DNA from: Dysgonamonadaceae bacterium
GTDB lineage: Bacteria; Bacteroidota; Bacteroidia; Bacteroidales; Dysgonomonadaceae
DNA length: 24,000 nucleotides
Direction of reading: 5' to 3'
NCBI GenBank assembly: GCA_031254645.1
Contig: JAIRUA010000014.1
Location: forward strand, 7,353 to 31,352
The position numbers and the translations under genes were made by a program. The notes under the pieces are model-generated. The model saw only the letters and a program-made list of their open reading frames with translations, was not told the DNA's origin and made no database searches. Numbering within the stretch: the first letter of the stretch is position 1; each line of letters begins with the position of its first letter. Positions 8,700 to 16,563 of the stretch are shown here, piece after piece.

Positions 8700-8860
8700 C
8701 CCGAAAAACAGCAAGAATATAACAAGTAAGTTGCAACAAGAATTATTAATGGTACGAGAAGCATATACCCTGTTTTGGGTATTAATGCAAAAGGTACAAA
8801 TATAAAAATGAGCATTAGTACACTTACACGCGACCTAAATACTTTTTTGTCTTTTTCCAT
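8696..8860 (-). CDS. 54-aa two-TM membrane peptide (not in the ORF track)
   Basis: Hand translation gives MEKDKKVFRSRVSVLMLIFIFVPFALIPKTGYMLLVPLIILVATYLLYSCCFSG*. Its stop overlaps the next start. Confidence 0.4.
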   Translation of the reverse strand: MEKDKKVFRSRVSVLMLIFIFVPFALIPKTGYMLLVPLIILVATYLLYSCCFSG

Positions 8861-8894
8861 TGCTTATTGTTTGTTGTTACTAAAAAGGATAAAT

Positions 8895-9347
8895 CTATTC
8901 CGTCTCAACCAATCCTTTTAATTTCTCATACACTTCCAACGTCTTTTCCCTATCCCTAAAATTAAGAATAACGTACCTGTTACCCTCATAAATAATATAA
9001 AGATAAGGAGCTCCACGTGTGTGAAGCAACAACTTTACATTTTTCTGCAAAGAACTTGAACGGAAATACCCTTTATTGATTCTTCCCGCAGAAATACCGT
9101 TTGTGCGCAGAATGATATTGGGAACAGTGTCTGCCAAAAATACCTGATTTAATTCATTTATCGGAATCCTTTCACCATAAACACCGGTTATTCCGATTTG
9201 CTCATTATCTACTACTACGGCTGATTCTTTCATATATGAACAACCGTGTAATATAAACAATATTCCGAATATCAATGGCAATAAGATGAAAGCTCTTCTA
9301 TTCACTTTGCCAACAAATTTTTCTCGATTATAATAAAATAGTATCAT
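8895..9347 (-). CDS. lipoprotein with PH-like domain, paralog of the C-terminus of ORF 353-1141
   Basis: Signal peptide plus lipobox ILHGC. The remainder aligns with ORF 353-1141 residues ~155-262 (for example NRYVILNFR.RE.TLEVY..LKGL). Confidence 0.65.
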   Translation of the reverse strand: MILFYYNREKFVGKVNRRAFILLPLIFGILFILHGCSYMKESAVVVDNEQIGITGVYGERIPINELNQVFLADTVPNIILRTNGISAGRINKGYFRSSSLQKNVKLLLHTRGAPYLYIIYEGNRYVILNFRDREKTLEVYEKLKGLVETE

Positions 9348-9522
9348 TAATTATTTAGTATTAAAATGTTTTGCTTAAAAGAACTCTCATACAAGATCAA
9401 ATATCCCAATCCCAAAATCTCTAATATATAATTCGTGTTTAATATAATCATCTAACCATAAAAGAGAACAATGTTTTTACTGTATTCCGTAACTTATCAG
9501 CACATTACAAAATGTCTAAAAC

Positions 9523-9550
9523 AAAAAAGAACCGCAAAACTGCGATTCTT
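9523..9550 (-). terminator. intrinsic terminator after the tRNA
   Basis: On the minus strand, AAGAATCGC/GCGGTTCTT forms a stem with one G:U pair, followed by a T-run. It begins 10 nt past the tRNA 3' end. Confidence 0.55.
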
Positions 9551-9559
9551 TCAATGTAG

Positions 9560-9632
9560 TTGCGGAGGCAGGACTCGAACCTACGACCTCCAGGTTATGA
9601 GCCTGGCGAGCTACCAACTGCTCCACTCCGCG
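9560..9632 (-). tRNA. initiator tRNA-fMet (CAT)
   Basis: The reverse complement reads CGCGGAG-TG-GAGC-AGTTGGT-AGCTC-G-CCAGG-CTCATAA-CCTGG-AGGTC-GTAGG-TTCGAGT-CCTGC-CTCCGCA-A. It shows the C1xA72 mismatch and A11:U24 typical of bacterial initiators, and closely resembles E. coli tRNA-fMet. No CCA is encoded. Confidence 0.9.
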
Positions 9633-9769
9633 ATATTATTTCCCTCAATTGGGAGTGCAAAGGTAGGAAGTATTTTTTGAATAACCAAATATTTTGAGAT
9701 GTTTTTTTGAAAAATATTTCTGACACAAAAAATACACCGGTTTTTTCTCATTCAAGCCGAAAAATATTG

Positions 9770-9777
9770 TATCTTTG
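9770..9777 (+). promoter_or_regulatory. putative -7 box TATCTTTG
   Basis: Sits 19 nt upstream of the ATG at 9797. Confidence 0.45.
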
Positions 9778-9796
9778 GGAAAAAATCGCAATCAAT

Positions 9797-10537
9797 ATGT
9801 CAGACAGCATTATTATCATTCCCACATATAACGAAAAAGAGAATATTGAAAATATTATTCGAACCATTTTCGCTTTGGATAAAGTATTTCACATTCTTGT
9901 GATTGATGACGGCTCACCCGACGGCACTGCCGCTATCGTACACCGACTGATTACCGAAGAATTTTCCGAACGTCTTTTTATCGAAGAACGAACAGGAAAA
10001 CTCGGTTTGGGAACGGCTTATATACACGGTTTTCGTTGGGCGCTGGCGCGTTCGTATGAATATATTTTTGAGATGGACGCCGATTTTTCGCACAATCCTG
10101 CCGATGTGCCACGATTGTATAATGCTTGTGCCGAAGACGGTTACGATGTATCTATCGGCTCACGCTACTGCACGGGCGTGAATGTGGTGAATTGGCCTAT
10201 GGGGCGCGTGTTGATGTCGTATTTTGCATCGAAATATGTACGTTTTATCACAAATCTAGACATAAAAGACACCACCGCCGGATTTATTTGCTATCGCCGT
10301 AAAGTGCTTGAAACAATTGATTTAGATAAAATAAAATTCAAAGGATACGGCTTTCAAATCGAAATGAAATATACGGCTTACGTGCTCGGATTTAAAATAA
10401 AAGAGGTGTCCATTATCTTTATAAATCGTGAGTTGGGTACATCGAAAATGAGTTCGGGTATTTTTGGCGAAGCGTTTTTTGGTGTGATCGACTTGCGTTG
10501 GCGAAAATTGACAGGAAAAATAAAAGCAGTTCAATAG
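9797..10537 (+). CDS. GT2 polyprenol/dolichyl-phosphate mannose synthase-like glycosyltransferase
   Basis: IIIPTYNEKENI, VIDDGSPDGT and FEMDADFSH motifs. The ATG at 9797 is preferred over the TTG at 9707. Confidence 0.85.
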   Translation: MSDSIIIIPTYNEKENIENIIRTIFALDKVFHILVIDDGSPDGTAAIVHRLITEEFSERLFIEERTGKLGLGTAYIHGFRWALARSYEYIFEMDADFSHNPADVPRLYNACAEDGYDVSIGSRYCTGVNVVNWPMGRVLMSYFASKYVRFITNLDIKDTTAGFICYRRKVLETIDLDKIKFKGYGFQIEMKYTAYVLGFKIKEVSIIFINRELGTSKMSSGIFGEAFFGVIDLRWRKLTGKIKAVQ

Positions 10538-10541
10538 TTTT

Positions 10542-10591
10542 ATAGTTTATAGTTCGATAGTTGACTATAAAACTATCGAACTATAAACTAT
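10542..10591 (+). repeat. intercistronic hairpin with a 21-bp perfect stem
   Basis: 10542-10562 is the exact reverse complement of 10571-10591, with an 8-nt loop. The arms are built of ATAGTT/AACTAT words. Confidence 0.8.
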
Positions 10592-10613
10592 TGAACTATG
10601 AAACTATGAAACT

Positions 10614-11951
10614 ATGAAACTTATCCACAAAGCAAATATAATCAACGAAGGGAAAACCTTCGAGGGCTCGGTTTTAATTGAGGGCGAAAGAATCTCCAAA
10701 ATTTTCACGGAAGAAGTGTCCGCAATGCTATTCAATCAATGCAAGCAAGTGATTGATGCGCGTGGATTCTATCTAATTCCGGGCGTTATCGATACCCACG
10801 TGCATTTTCGCGAGCCGGGATTGACGTACAAAGGCGATATCTCAACCGAAAGTCGCGCTGCCGTTACCGGAGGCATTACATCGTATATGGAAATGCCGAA
10901 TACAGTTCCGCAAACGACTACAATCGACAATCTGAACGAAAAACTTGATATTGCTGCCGAAAAATCAGTCGCCAACTTCTCGTTTTATCTCGGCGCAACA
11001 AATGATAATATCCGAGAATTGAAAAAAGCGGACAAAAAACAGGTCTGCGGCATAAAAGTTTTTATGGGTGCATCAACAGGTAATATGTTGGTGGACAAAA
11101 TGAAAGCATTGCAGCAAATTTTCTCCGAAGTAGATATGCTCATTTCCACGCATTGCGAAAAAGAGGAAATCATTCGTAAAAATGTTGAATTTTACAAAAA
11201 ACAATTCGGCGACAATATTCCGATTAAATATCACCCGTTAATTCGCAGTGCGGAAGCGTGCTATCAATCATCGGCAGAAGTGGTTGAAATGGCGGATAAA
11301 TATGGGTCGCGACTTCACGTACTACATCTTTCTACCGAGCCCGAAATGAGTTTGTTTAGCAATATGCCCCTTGCGGACAAAAAAATTACGTCAGAAGCGT
11401 GTGTGCATCATCTTTGGTTTTCCGACAATGATTACAAGCGATTGGGCGCACGTATCAAGTGTAATCCTGCCATTAAAACGGCAGAAGACCGGGAAGCATT
11501 GCGCAACGCCTTGAAATCAGGGAAAATAGATGTCGTAGCCACCGACCACGCGCCGCATCTGTTGAGCGAAAAAGAGGGTGGTTGTTTGCAAGCTGCTTCG
11601 GGCAGTCCATCAATACAAAGTTCTTTGCAAGCGATGTTAGAATTGGCAAATCAAGGCGTTTTTACCAAAGAATTTGTGATCGAAAAAATGTGTCACGCGC
11701 CCGCTCAACTCTATCACATGAAAGAGAGAGGATTTATTCGTGAAGGGTATTTTGCTGATTTGGTATTGATTAATCCAAACAAACCTCAAATAGTTGCAAC
11801 AAATAATATATTATATAAATGCGGCTGGTCGCCTTTTGAAGGGGAAACTTTTCAACACAAAATCGAAAAAACGTTTGTGAATGGAAATCTTGTGTTTGAT
11901 AATGGTGTTTTTGAGGAAAATGTGTTTGGGAAAGCGTTAGTGTTTAGTTAA
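10614..11951 (+). CDS. pyrC: dihydroorotase (class I, ~445 aa)
   Basis: DTHVHFREPG metal motif, KVFMGAS (carboxylated Lys region), HCE, LHVLHLST and ATDHAPH. Confidence 0.85.
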   Translation: MKLIHKANIINEGKTFEGSVLIEGERISKIFTEEVSAMLFNQCKQVIDARGFYLIPGVIDTHVHFREPGLTYKGDISTESRAAVTGGITSYMEMPNTVPQTTTIDNLNEKLDIAAEKSVANFSFYLGATNDNIRELKKADKKQVCGIKVFMGASTGNMLVDKMKALQQIFSEVDMLISTHCEKEEIIRKNVEFYKKQFGDNIPIKYHPLIRSAEACYQSSAEVVEMADKYGSRLHVLHLSTEPEMSLFSNMPLADKKITSEACVHHLWFSDNDYKRLGARIKCNPAIKTAEDREALRNALKSGKIDVVATDHAPHLLSEKEGGCLQAASGSPSIQSSLQAMLELANQGVFTKEFVIEKMCHAPAQLYHMKERGFIREGYFADLVLINPNKPQIVATNNILYKCGWSPFEGETFQHKIEKTFVNGNLVFDNGVFEENVFGKALVFS

Positions 11952-11956
11952 TATGC

Positions 11957-12055
11957 TAATGTGCTAATAAGTAATGTGCTAATGCAATTATCATATTGAC
12001 TACAATTAGAGAATTAGCGAATTTGCACATTATCACATTATTTATTAGCACATTA
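11957..12055 (+). repeat. long intercistronic hairpin with a 28-position stem
   Basis: 11957-11984 pairs with 12028-12055 (26 Watson-Crick, 1 G:U, 1 mismatch), with a 43-nt loop. The arms are built of AATGTGCTAAT words. Confidence 0.75.
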
Positions 12056-12067
12056 AAAAATTATTTT

Positions 12068-13144
12068 ATGAGATTTTTATTTACTGTACAAGGCGAAGGC
12101 AGAGGGCATTTTACACAAGCGCTCGCTTTGTCGTCAATACTTCGCAAGCACGGACACGAAGTGATGGCAGTGCTGGTGGGAAAGAGTGATTCGAGAGAAG
12201 TTCCCGATTTTTTCCAACAAAAAATAGGTGCGCCTGTTTTCAAGTTCAGCAGCCCTAATTTTTCCGGATTTTACAAAGAGAAGCGTCCCAATCTGATTAT
12301 GACGGCAATAACAAACTTTTCGCGTTCATTTGCTTTTCGGGAAAGTATTGTTTTTGTGAAAGATAAAATCGAAGAATACAAACCCGATATGGTTATCAAT
12401 TTCTACGAAATGATTACCGGAATGGCTTTTGCAGCGTATAAATTCGATAAAAAAATGGGCATCGAAATGATTTGTATCGGACATCAATACGTGTTGATGA
12501 ATCCGCATTTCAAAACATCGCCCAAGCAAGATATGGAATATTTCTTCCTGCGAATGATTTCGGAAGTTACCTCGCAAAGAGCACATAAACGACTTGCGCT
12601 CTCTTTCAGAGATATGCAAAACAGCATCGAAAAAGGAATTGTTACCGTACCGCCATTGCTACGTTCGGAAGTATTTGACATTCAATCAACGAAAGGCGAT
12701 TATATTCACGGTTATATGCTCAATACCGGCTATTACGAGGAGGTTTTGGTGTGGCATGAACGAAATCCGCACATTCCATTGCGTTTCTTTTGGGATAAAA
12801 AAGAAGCTGATGAGGTAACGAAAATCGACGATAATTTTATTCTATACAAACTAAATGACGAACGTTTTTTGCATAGTATGGCGGGAAGTATGGGCTATGC
12901 CACTACTTCGGGTTTCGAATCGGTATGTGAAGCACTGTACTATCAAAAACCGATTTTGATGATTCCTGTACATATCGAACAAGAATTTAATGCTCACGAT
13001 GCCGGCCTTTCGGGTGCAGGTGTGATGAGTAAAAATTTCAATTTAGACAAATTGATTGATTTTATTCCGCAATATGCGCCGGATAAGGGTTTTAGGGATT
13101 GGGTAAACGGTGCAGAAAAACGATTTCTTTCAGAAATTGTTTAA
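12068..13144 (+). CDS. GT-B fold glycosyltransferase (MJ1255/UDP-glycosyltransferase-like)
   Basis: N-terminus MRFLFTVQGEGRGHFTQA (G-rich loop) and C-terminal GYATTSGFESVCEALYYQKP donor-binding pattern. The ATG at 12068 is preferred. Confidence 0.7.
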   Translation: MRFLFTVQGEGRGHFTQALALSSILRKHGHEVMAVLVGKSDSREVPDFFQQKIGAPVFKFSSPNFSGFYKEKRPNLIMTAITNFSRSFAFRESIVFVKDKIEEYKPDMVINFYEMITGMAFAAYKFDKKMGIEMICIGHQYVLMNPHFKTSPKQDMEYFFLRMISEVTSQRAHKRLALSFRDMQNSIEKGIVTVPPLLRSEVFDIQSTKGDYIHGYMLNTGYYEEVLVWHERNPHIPLRFFWDKKEADEVTKIDDNFILYKLNDERFLHSMAGSMGYATTSGFESVCEALYYQKPILMIPVHIEQEFNAHDAGLSGAGVMSKNFNLDKLIDFIPQYAPDKGFRDWVNGAEKRFLSEIV

Positions 13145-13156
13145 TTCAAAGATTTA

Positions 13157-13224
13157 AAAATTCAAAGATTCAAGATTTGCACTTCGTTCAGCGACCGGCT
13201 TGAATCCTTGAATCTTCAAATTTT
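13157..13224 (-). terminator. hairpin between convergent genes, better paired on the minus strand
   Basis: 13157-13177 pairs with 13203-13224: 19 Watson-Crick pairs, one bulge, and 2 A.C positions that become G:U on the minus-strand RNA. It overlaps the cydB stop. Confidence 0.55.
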
Positions 13225-14371
13225 AATACCCGCTATCCTCCACCTCATCAATTTTTTTCCTATTCATTTGTTTCCACGCGTACCAAATATACGCTATAAC
13301 AAAAGGCGCAAGCAATGAAACATAGCTCATTACTGTCAACGTATAGTGGCTCGACGAACTGTTTTCGATAGTCAAACTGCTTTGCAAATAATTACCATAA
13401 GCAGGATAAAAACTTGTGTTGTTTAGTCCCGAAACAAGGAAAAGCGCAAACACAGTGGCAATCGTGCCGATTCCGCCAAACCATATTCCTTTGGAAGATT
13501 GCTTGAAAGCACCGAAAAATATTCCCGTCAAAACCAACACTACACCAACAAGCATAATCACGGCTACAATCGGCATTTCAATCAAGTTATGCAGATATTT
13601 GTAAGGCGCCATAAAAACTTTTCCGCTTGCGTCGTAAGCAAATCCATCCTTCAGTAAAATATTTACCAAGAAGAAAAGGAAGAAAACAAGAAACGGAATC
13701 GTCATCACTTTTACCGATTGGGCTGCTTTTTTTACGATGCCTTTATCAGCCACATTATTAATAAAATAAAGTGCGCCAAGAATGCGAGCCAAACAGAAAA
13801 CGGCCAATCCTAACGATAGGTTGATAAATGTTGCGTATCGAGTAAAATCGAATGCTAATTCTAATCCACGTGCTGCTCCTCGCCACACGGAACTGATTGT
13901 TCCGGCTTGATTCGTAACAATCTCAAACTGCGAACCTGTGAAAAATGTAGCGACGGCTGTTCCCAGCAAAATAGTTGCCAGCAAACCGTTTGCAAATAGA
14001 AATCCTTCATACGTTTTTGCACCCAACAAGTTATTTGCTTTTGAACGAAATTTATAGCCAATCGGCTGGATAATAAAACAAAAAAGAATGAGAATCCAAA
14101 CCCAATAGGCTCCACCGAAACTCGTAGCATAAAACAATGGGAAAGACGCAAAGAAAGCGCCACCGAAAGTTACAAGCGTAGTAAATGTGAGTTCCCATTT
14201 ATTGGTAAGACTATCAATCAATATATTACGCTCTTTCTCCGATTTTCCAATGCGGAAAATCAAACTTTGTCCGCCTTGTACAAACAAAAGGGAAACAAGA
14301 AATGCACCCAGCAACGATACAATCACAAACCAGTATTGTTGCAACGCTAAATGTGTCATATTTTCAAACAT
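13223..14371 (-). CDS. cydB: cytochrome bd ubiquinol oxidase subunit II
   Basis: 382-aa polytopic protein immediately downstream of cydA. The N-terminus LQQYWFVIVSLLGAFL..QGGQ is typical of CydB. Confidence 0.9.
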   Translation of the reverse strand: MFENMTHLALQQYWFVIVSLLGAFLVSLLFVQGGQSLIFRIGKSEKERNILIDSLTNKWELTFTTLVTFGGAFFASFPLFYATSFGGAYWVWILILFCFIIQPIGYKFRSKANNLLGAKTYEGFLFANGLLATILLGTAVATFFTGSQFEIVTNQAGTISSVWRGAARGLELAFDFTRYATFINLSLGLAVFCLARILGALYFINNVADKGIVKKAAQSVKVMTIPFLVFFLFFLVNILLKDGFAYDASGKVFMAPYKYLHNLIEMPIVAVIMLVGVVLVLTGIFFGAFKQSSKGIWFGGIGTIATVFALFLVSGLNNTSFYPAYGNYLQSSLTIENSSSSHYTLTVMSYVSLLAPFVIAYIWYAWKQMNRKKIDEVEDSGY

Positions 14372-14377
14372 AGCTTT

Positions 14378-15961
14378 TTATCCCTCCTTCGGACCTTTTT
14401 TAATTTGTGTAATGATAATTTTCAATGCGGCAATCAGAAATACGGTAAATGTAACAACAAATAAGAAGAATGTTGTTTTCACAGAGCCTGTATCCATTCC
14501 GGAAGTTGTTGCAGCAAATGTAGGCAACCAATCTTGAATTGCCCAAGGCTGTCTTCCAACTTCCGCCACTATCCAACCTGCCCAAGTGCATATGTAAACC
14601 AATGGAATAGAAACTATCGCTAAACGATAGAAACAAGTCCTTCCTTTGCCTTCCAATCTATCTTTGTACGCCCACCAACCGAGTACAGCCAGTACAACGA
14701 TAAACAAAAACCCTAAACCAACCATAATGCGAAACGACCAATAATTAAGCGGTACATTCGGCATTAGTCGGGCTACATTTTGTCGAAAAACATTGATATC
14801 TTCGTCATAAAAATAGCCGTATCCGAAATGAATCATATATTCATTCAACCACTTATCATCGTTAAATAGCGCACGTAACCTTGCGTATTCGGCAGGATTT
14901 ACATCGCGTGCGTCTTTCATTTCTCGCAATGTATTTTGCGCCACTTGTCCGCGTCGTGCTCTTTCGTAAGCCGACATAATGCCGTGCGCTTCGTTTCCTT
15001 CAATCAAATCGACAATGCCGGGAACGAAGGCGTTGAAATCGTGTGTAGACATCAGCGACAATAGCTTAGGAATTTCCAACGCCATTTGCTCGTGTTCGTA
15101 AGGGCGTTCGGGATTGTTGGTTGAATTGAAAAAAGCCACAATAGAAAACGGCGCACCTTCCGTTCCTTCATACAATCCTTCCATCACGGCAAGTTTCATC
15201 GGCTGCGTTTGTGCCACTACTCTTGCGGAAGTATCGCCTGTAATCATCACAAGTGCCGAGCCAAGAAGTCCCACAGCCGCTCCCACAAGAATGCTTCTGC
15301 GAGCTTGCTCAATGTGGCGTTTTTTCAGTAAAAACCAACTGCTTATACCTACCACAACCACACCGCCTGTAATCCAACACGAAGCCACCGAATGGAAAAA
15401 CTTACTGATGGCAACGGGCGAAAAGATAACTTCCCAGAAATTAATCATTTCCATTCGTGCCATATCAGGATTAAATTGCATTCCCACAGGGTACTGCATC
15501 CACGCATTGGCAATTAGAATCCACAAAGCAGAGAGACATACACTGCCGGCTACCAACCACGTGGAAAGCAAGTGAAAACCCTTGCTTACCCTATTCCAAC
15601 CAAAAAACATAACGGCGATAAAAGTCGCTTCCAAGAAAAATGCCATAAAGCCTTCAATAGCCAACGGCGCACCAAACACATCGCCCACAAACCAAGAGTA
15701 GTTAGACCAATTGGTTCCGAACTGAAATTCCAAAATAATTCCGGTGGCAACGCCCAAGGCGAAATTCACCCCAAAGATTATCATCCAGAATTTTGTCAAT
15801 CGTTTCCACTCTTCGTTACCTGTGCGCACATATACCGTTTCCATAATGGCAACGATAAGCGCCAGCCCTATCGTGAGCGACACGAAAATCCAGTGATACA
15901 TAGCCGTCATCGCAAATTGCAATCGCGACCAATCCACTAATGAAAAATCAAATTGTTCCAT
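14378..15961 (-). CDS. cydA: cytochrome bd ubiquinol oxidase subunit I
   Basis: WSRLQFAMTAMYHWIFV, the GWNRVSK region, and Q-loop-containing architecture. 527 aa. Confidence 0.92.
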   Translation of the reverse strand: MEQFDFSLVDWSRLQFAMTAMYHWIFVSLTIGLALIVAIMETVYVRTGNEEWKRLTKFWMIIFGVNFALGVATGIILEFQFGTNWSNYSWFVGDVFGAPLAIEGFMAFFLEATFIAVMFFGWNRVSKGFHLLSTWLVAGSVCLSALWILIANAWMQYPVGMQFNPDMARMEMINFWEVIFSPVAISKFFHSVASCWITGGVVVVGISSWFLLKKRHIEQARRSILVGAAVGLLGSALVMITGDTSARVVAQTQPMKLAVMEGLYEGTEGAPFSIVAFFNSTNNPERPYEHEQMALEIPKLLSLMSTHDFNAFVPGIVDLIEGNEAHGIMSAYERARRGQVAQNTLREMKDARDVNPAEYARLRALFNDDKWLNEYMIHFGYGYFYDEDINVFRQNVARLMPNVPLNYWSFRIMVGLGFLFIVVLAVLGWWAYKDRLEGKGRTCFYRLAIVSIPLVYICTWAGWIVAEVGRQPWAIQDWLPTFAATTSGMDTGSVKTTFFLFVVTFTVFLIAALKIIITQIKKGPKEG

Positions 15962-15982
15962 AGTTTTTCTATTTATTGTTAT

Positions 15983-16057
15983 TGTTAAATCGTTGAACTG
16001 TTAAATCGTTAAATTGGTATTCAAACTTTCGTGTTTTCGCGCCTTTACGCCTTCGCG
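15983..16057. repeat. two tandem arrays filling the spacer before cydA
   Basis: TGTTAAATCGTT occurs twice (15983-15994 and 15999-16010). An octamer array follows at 16026-16057: CTTTCGTG, TTTTCGCG, CCTTTACG, CCTTCGCG. Confidence 0.7.
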
Positions 16058-16058
16058 C

Positions 16059-16274
16059 TTATCTCGTGATTTGCTCAATCATATACCTCCCTCTTTCTTC
16101 ATCTGTTTTAAAGGTCGTTTCCATAAAGTTGGGGAAAAAATAAGGTTTGAGAAATAAATACAGAACAAGAAAAATGCTAATGCCAAAAAGCACCGCTACA
16201 ACCCCTATTGTATGTGCTCTAAGCTCATTAACACAATATCGAAAAACCCTGTCAAAAACACTTTTCATTCTCAT
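16059..16274 (-). CDS. small membrane protein upstream of cydAB (DUF4492-like, tentative)
   Basis: 71 aa with one TM helix (VVAVLFGISIFLVLYLFL). Its position just upstream of cydA matches what I recall for Bacteroidetes. Confidence 0.55.
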   Translation of the reverse strand: MRMKSVFDRVFRYCVNELRAHTIGVVAVLFGISIFLVLYLFLKPYFFPNFMETTFKTDEERGRYMIEQITR

Positions 16275-16492
16275 AAACAGACACTTACAAAAACTCTGCC
16301 ATCGGAATTATATTCTATATTAGCATACAATGCACAAATTAAATTATTTTTTTCCACATACGCAATAGTTTGATGAAAATAATTTAATAAATATGAGAAT
16401 AAAGATAGATAATATGCTTACAAAGTACGACTACAGGCATTCAAAGAACTAAAATGTAAATATTTTCTAATTGACTCAGAAGATTAGAAAAT

Positions 16493-16524
16493 AAAAAAAC
16501 TCCCTTGTTTTGGAGACAAGGGAG
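16493..16524 (-). terminator. intrinsic terminator of the two-component operon
   Basis: On the minus strand, CTCCCTTG-(9 nt)-CAAGGGAG is followed by T7, 40 nt past the response regulator stop. A second 9-bp inverted repeat (16463-16471 and 16483-16491) lies next to it. Confidence 0.7.
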
Positions 16525-16563
16525 ATTATACTATTTCAGCTACACACAATCTCATTTCTTATA

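Noticed and set aside
8396-9632. The 22-bp direct repeats next to tRNA-fMet considered as att sites of a small integrated element
   Set aside because: The repeats are not part of the tRNA. No integrase or mobility gene is present. One repeat copy is simply the 3' coding end of a resident gene. A duplication or deletion scar is more parsimonious.
9471-9680. 69-aa plus-strand ORF
   Set aside because: It lies directly over the minus-strand tRNA-fMet gene and its terminator, and has no protein-like features.
16370-16383. FNR/CRP-like site TTGAT-GAAA-ATAAT upstream of the cyd operon
   Set aside because: Only one half-site matches, and the second half is 3 of 5. The match is easily produced by chance in an AT-rich region.
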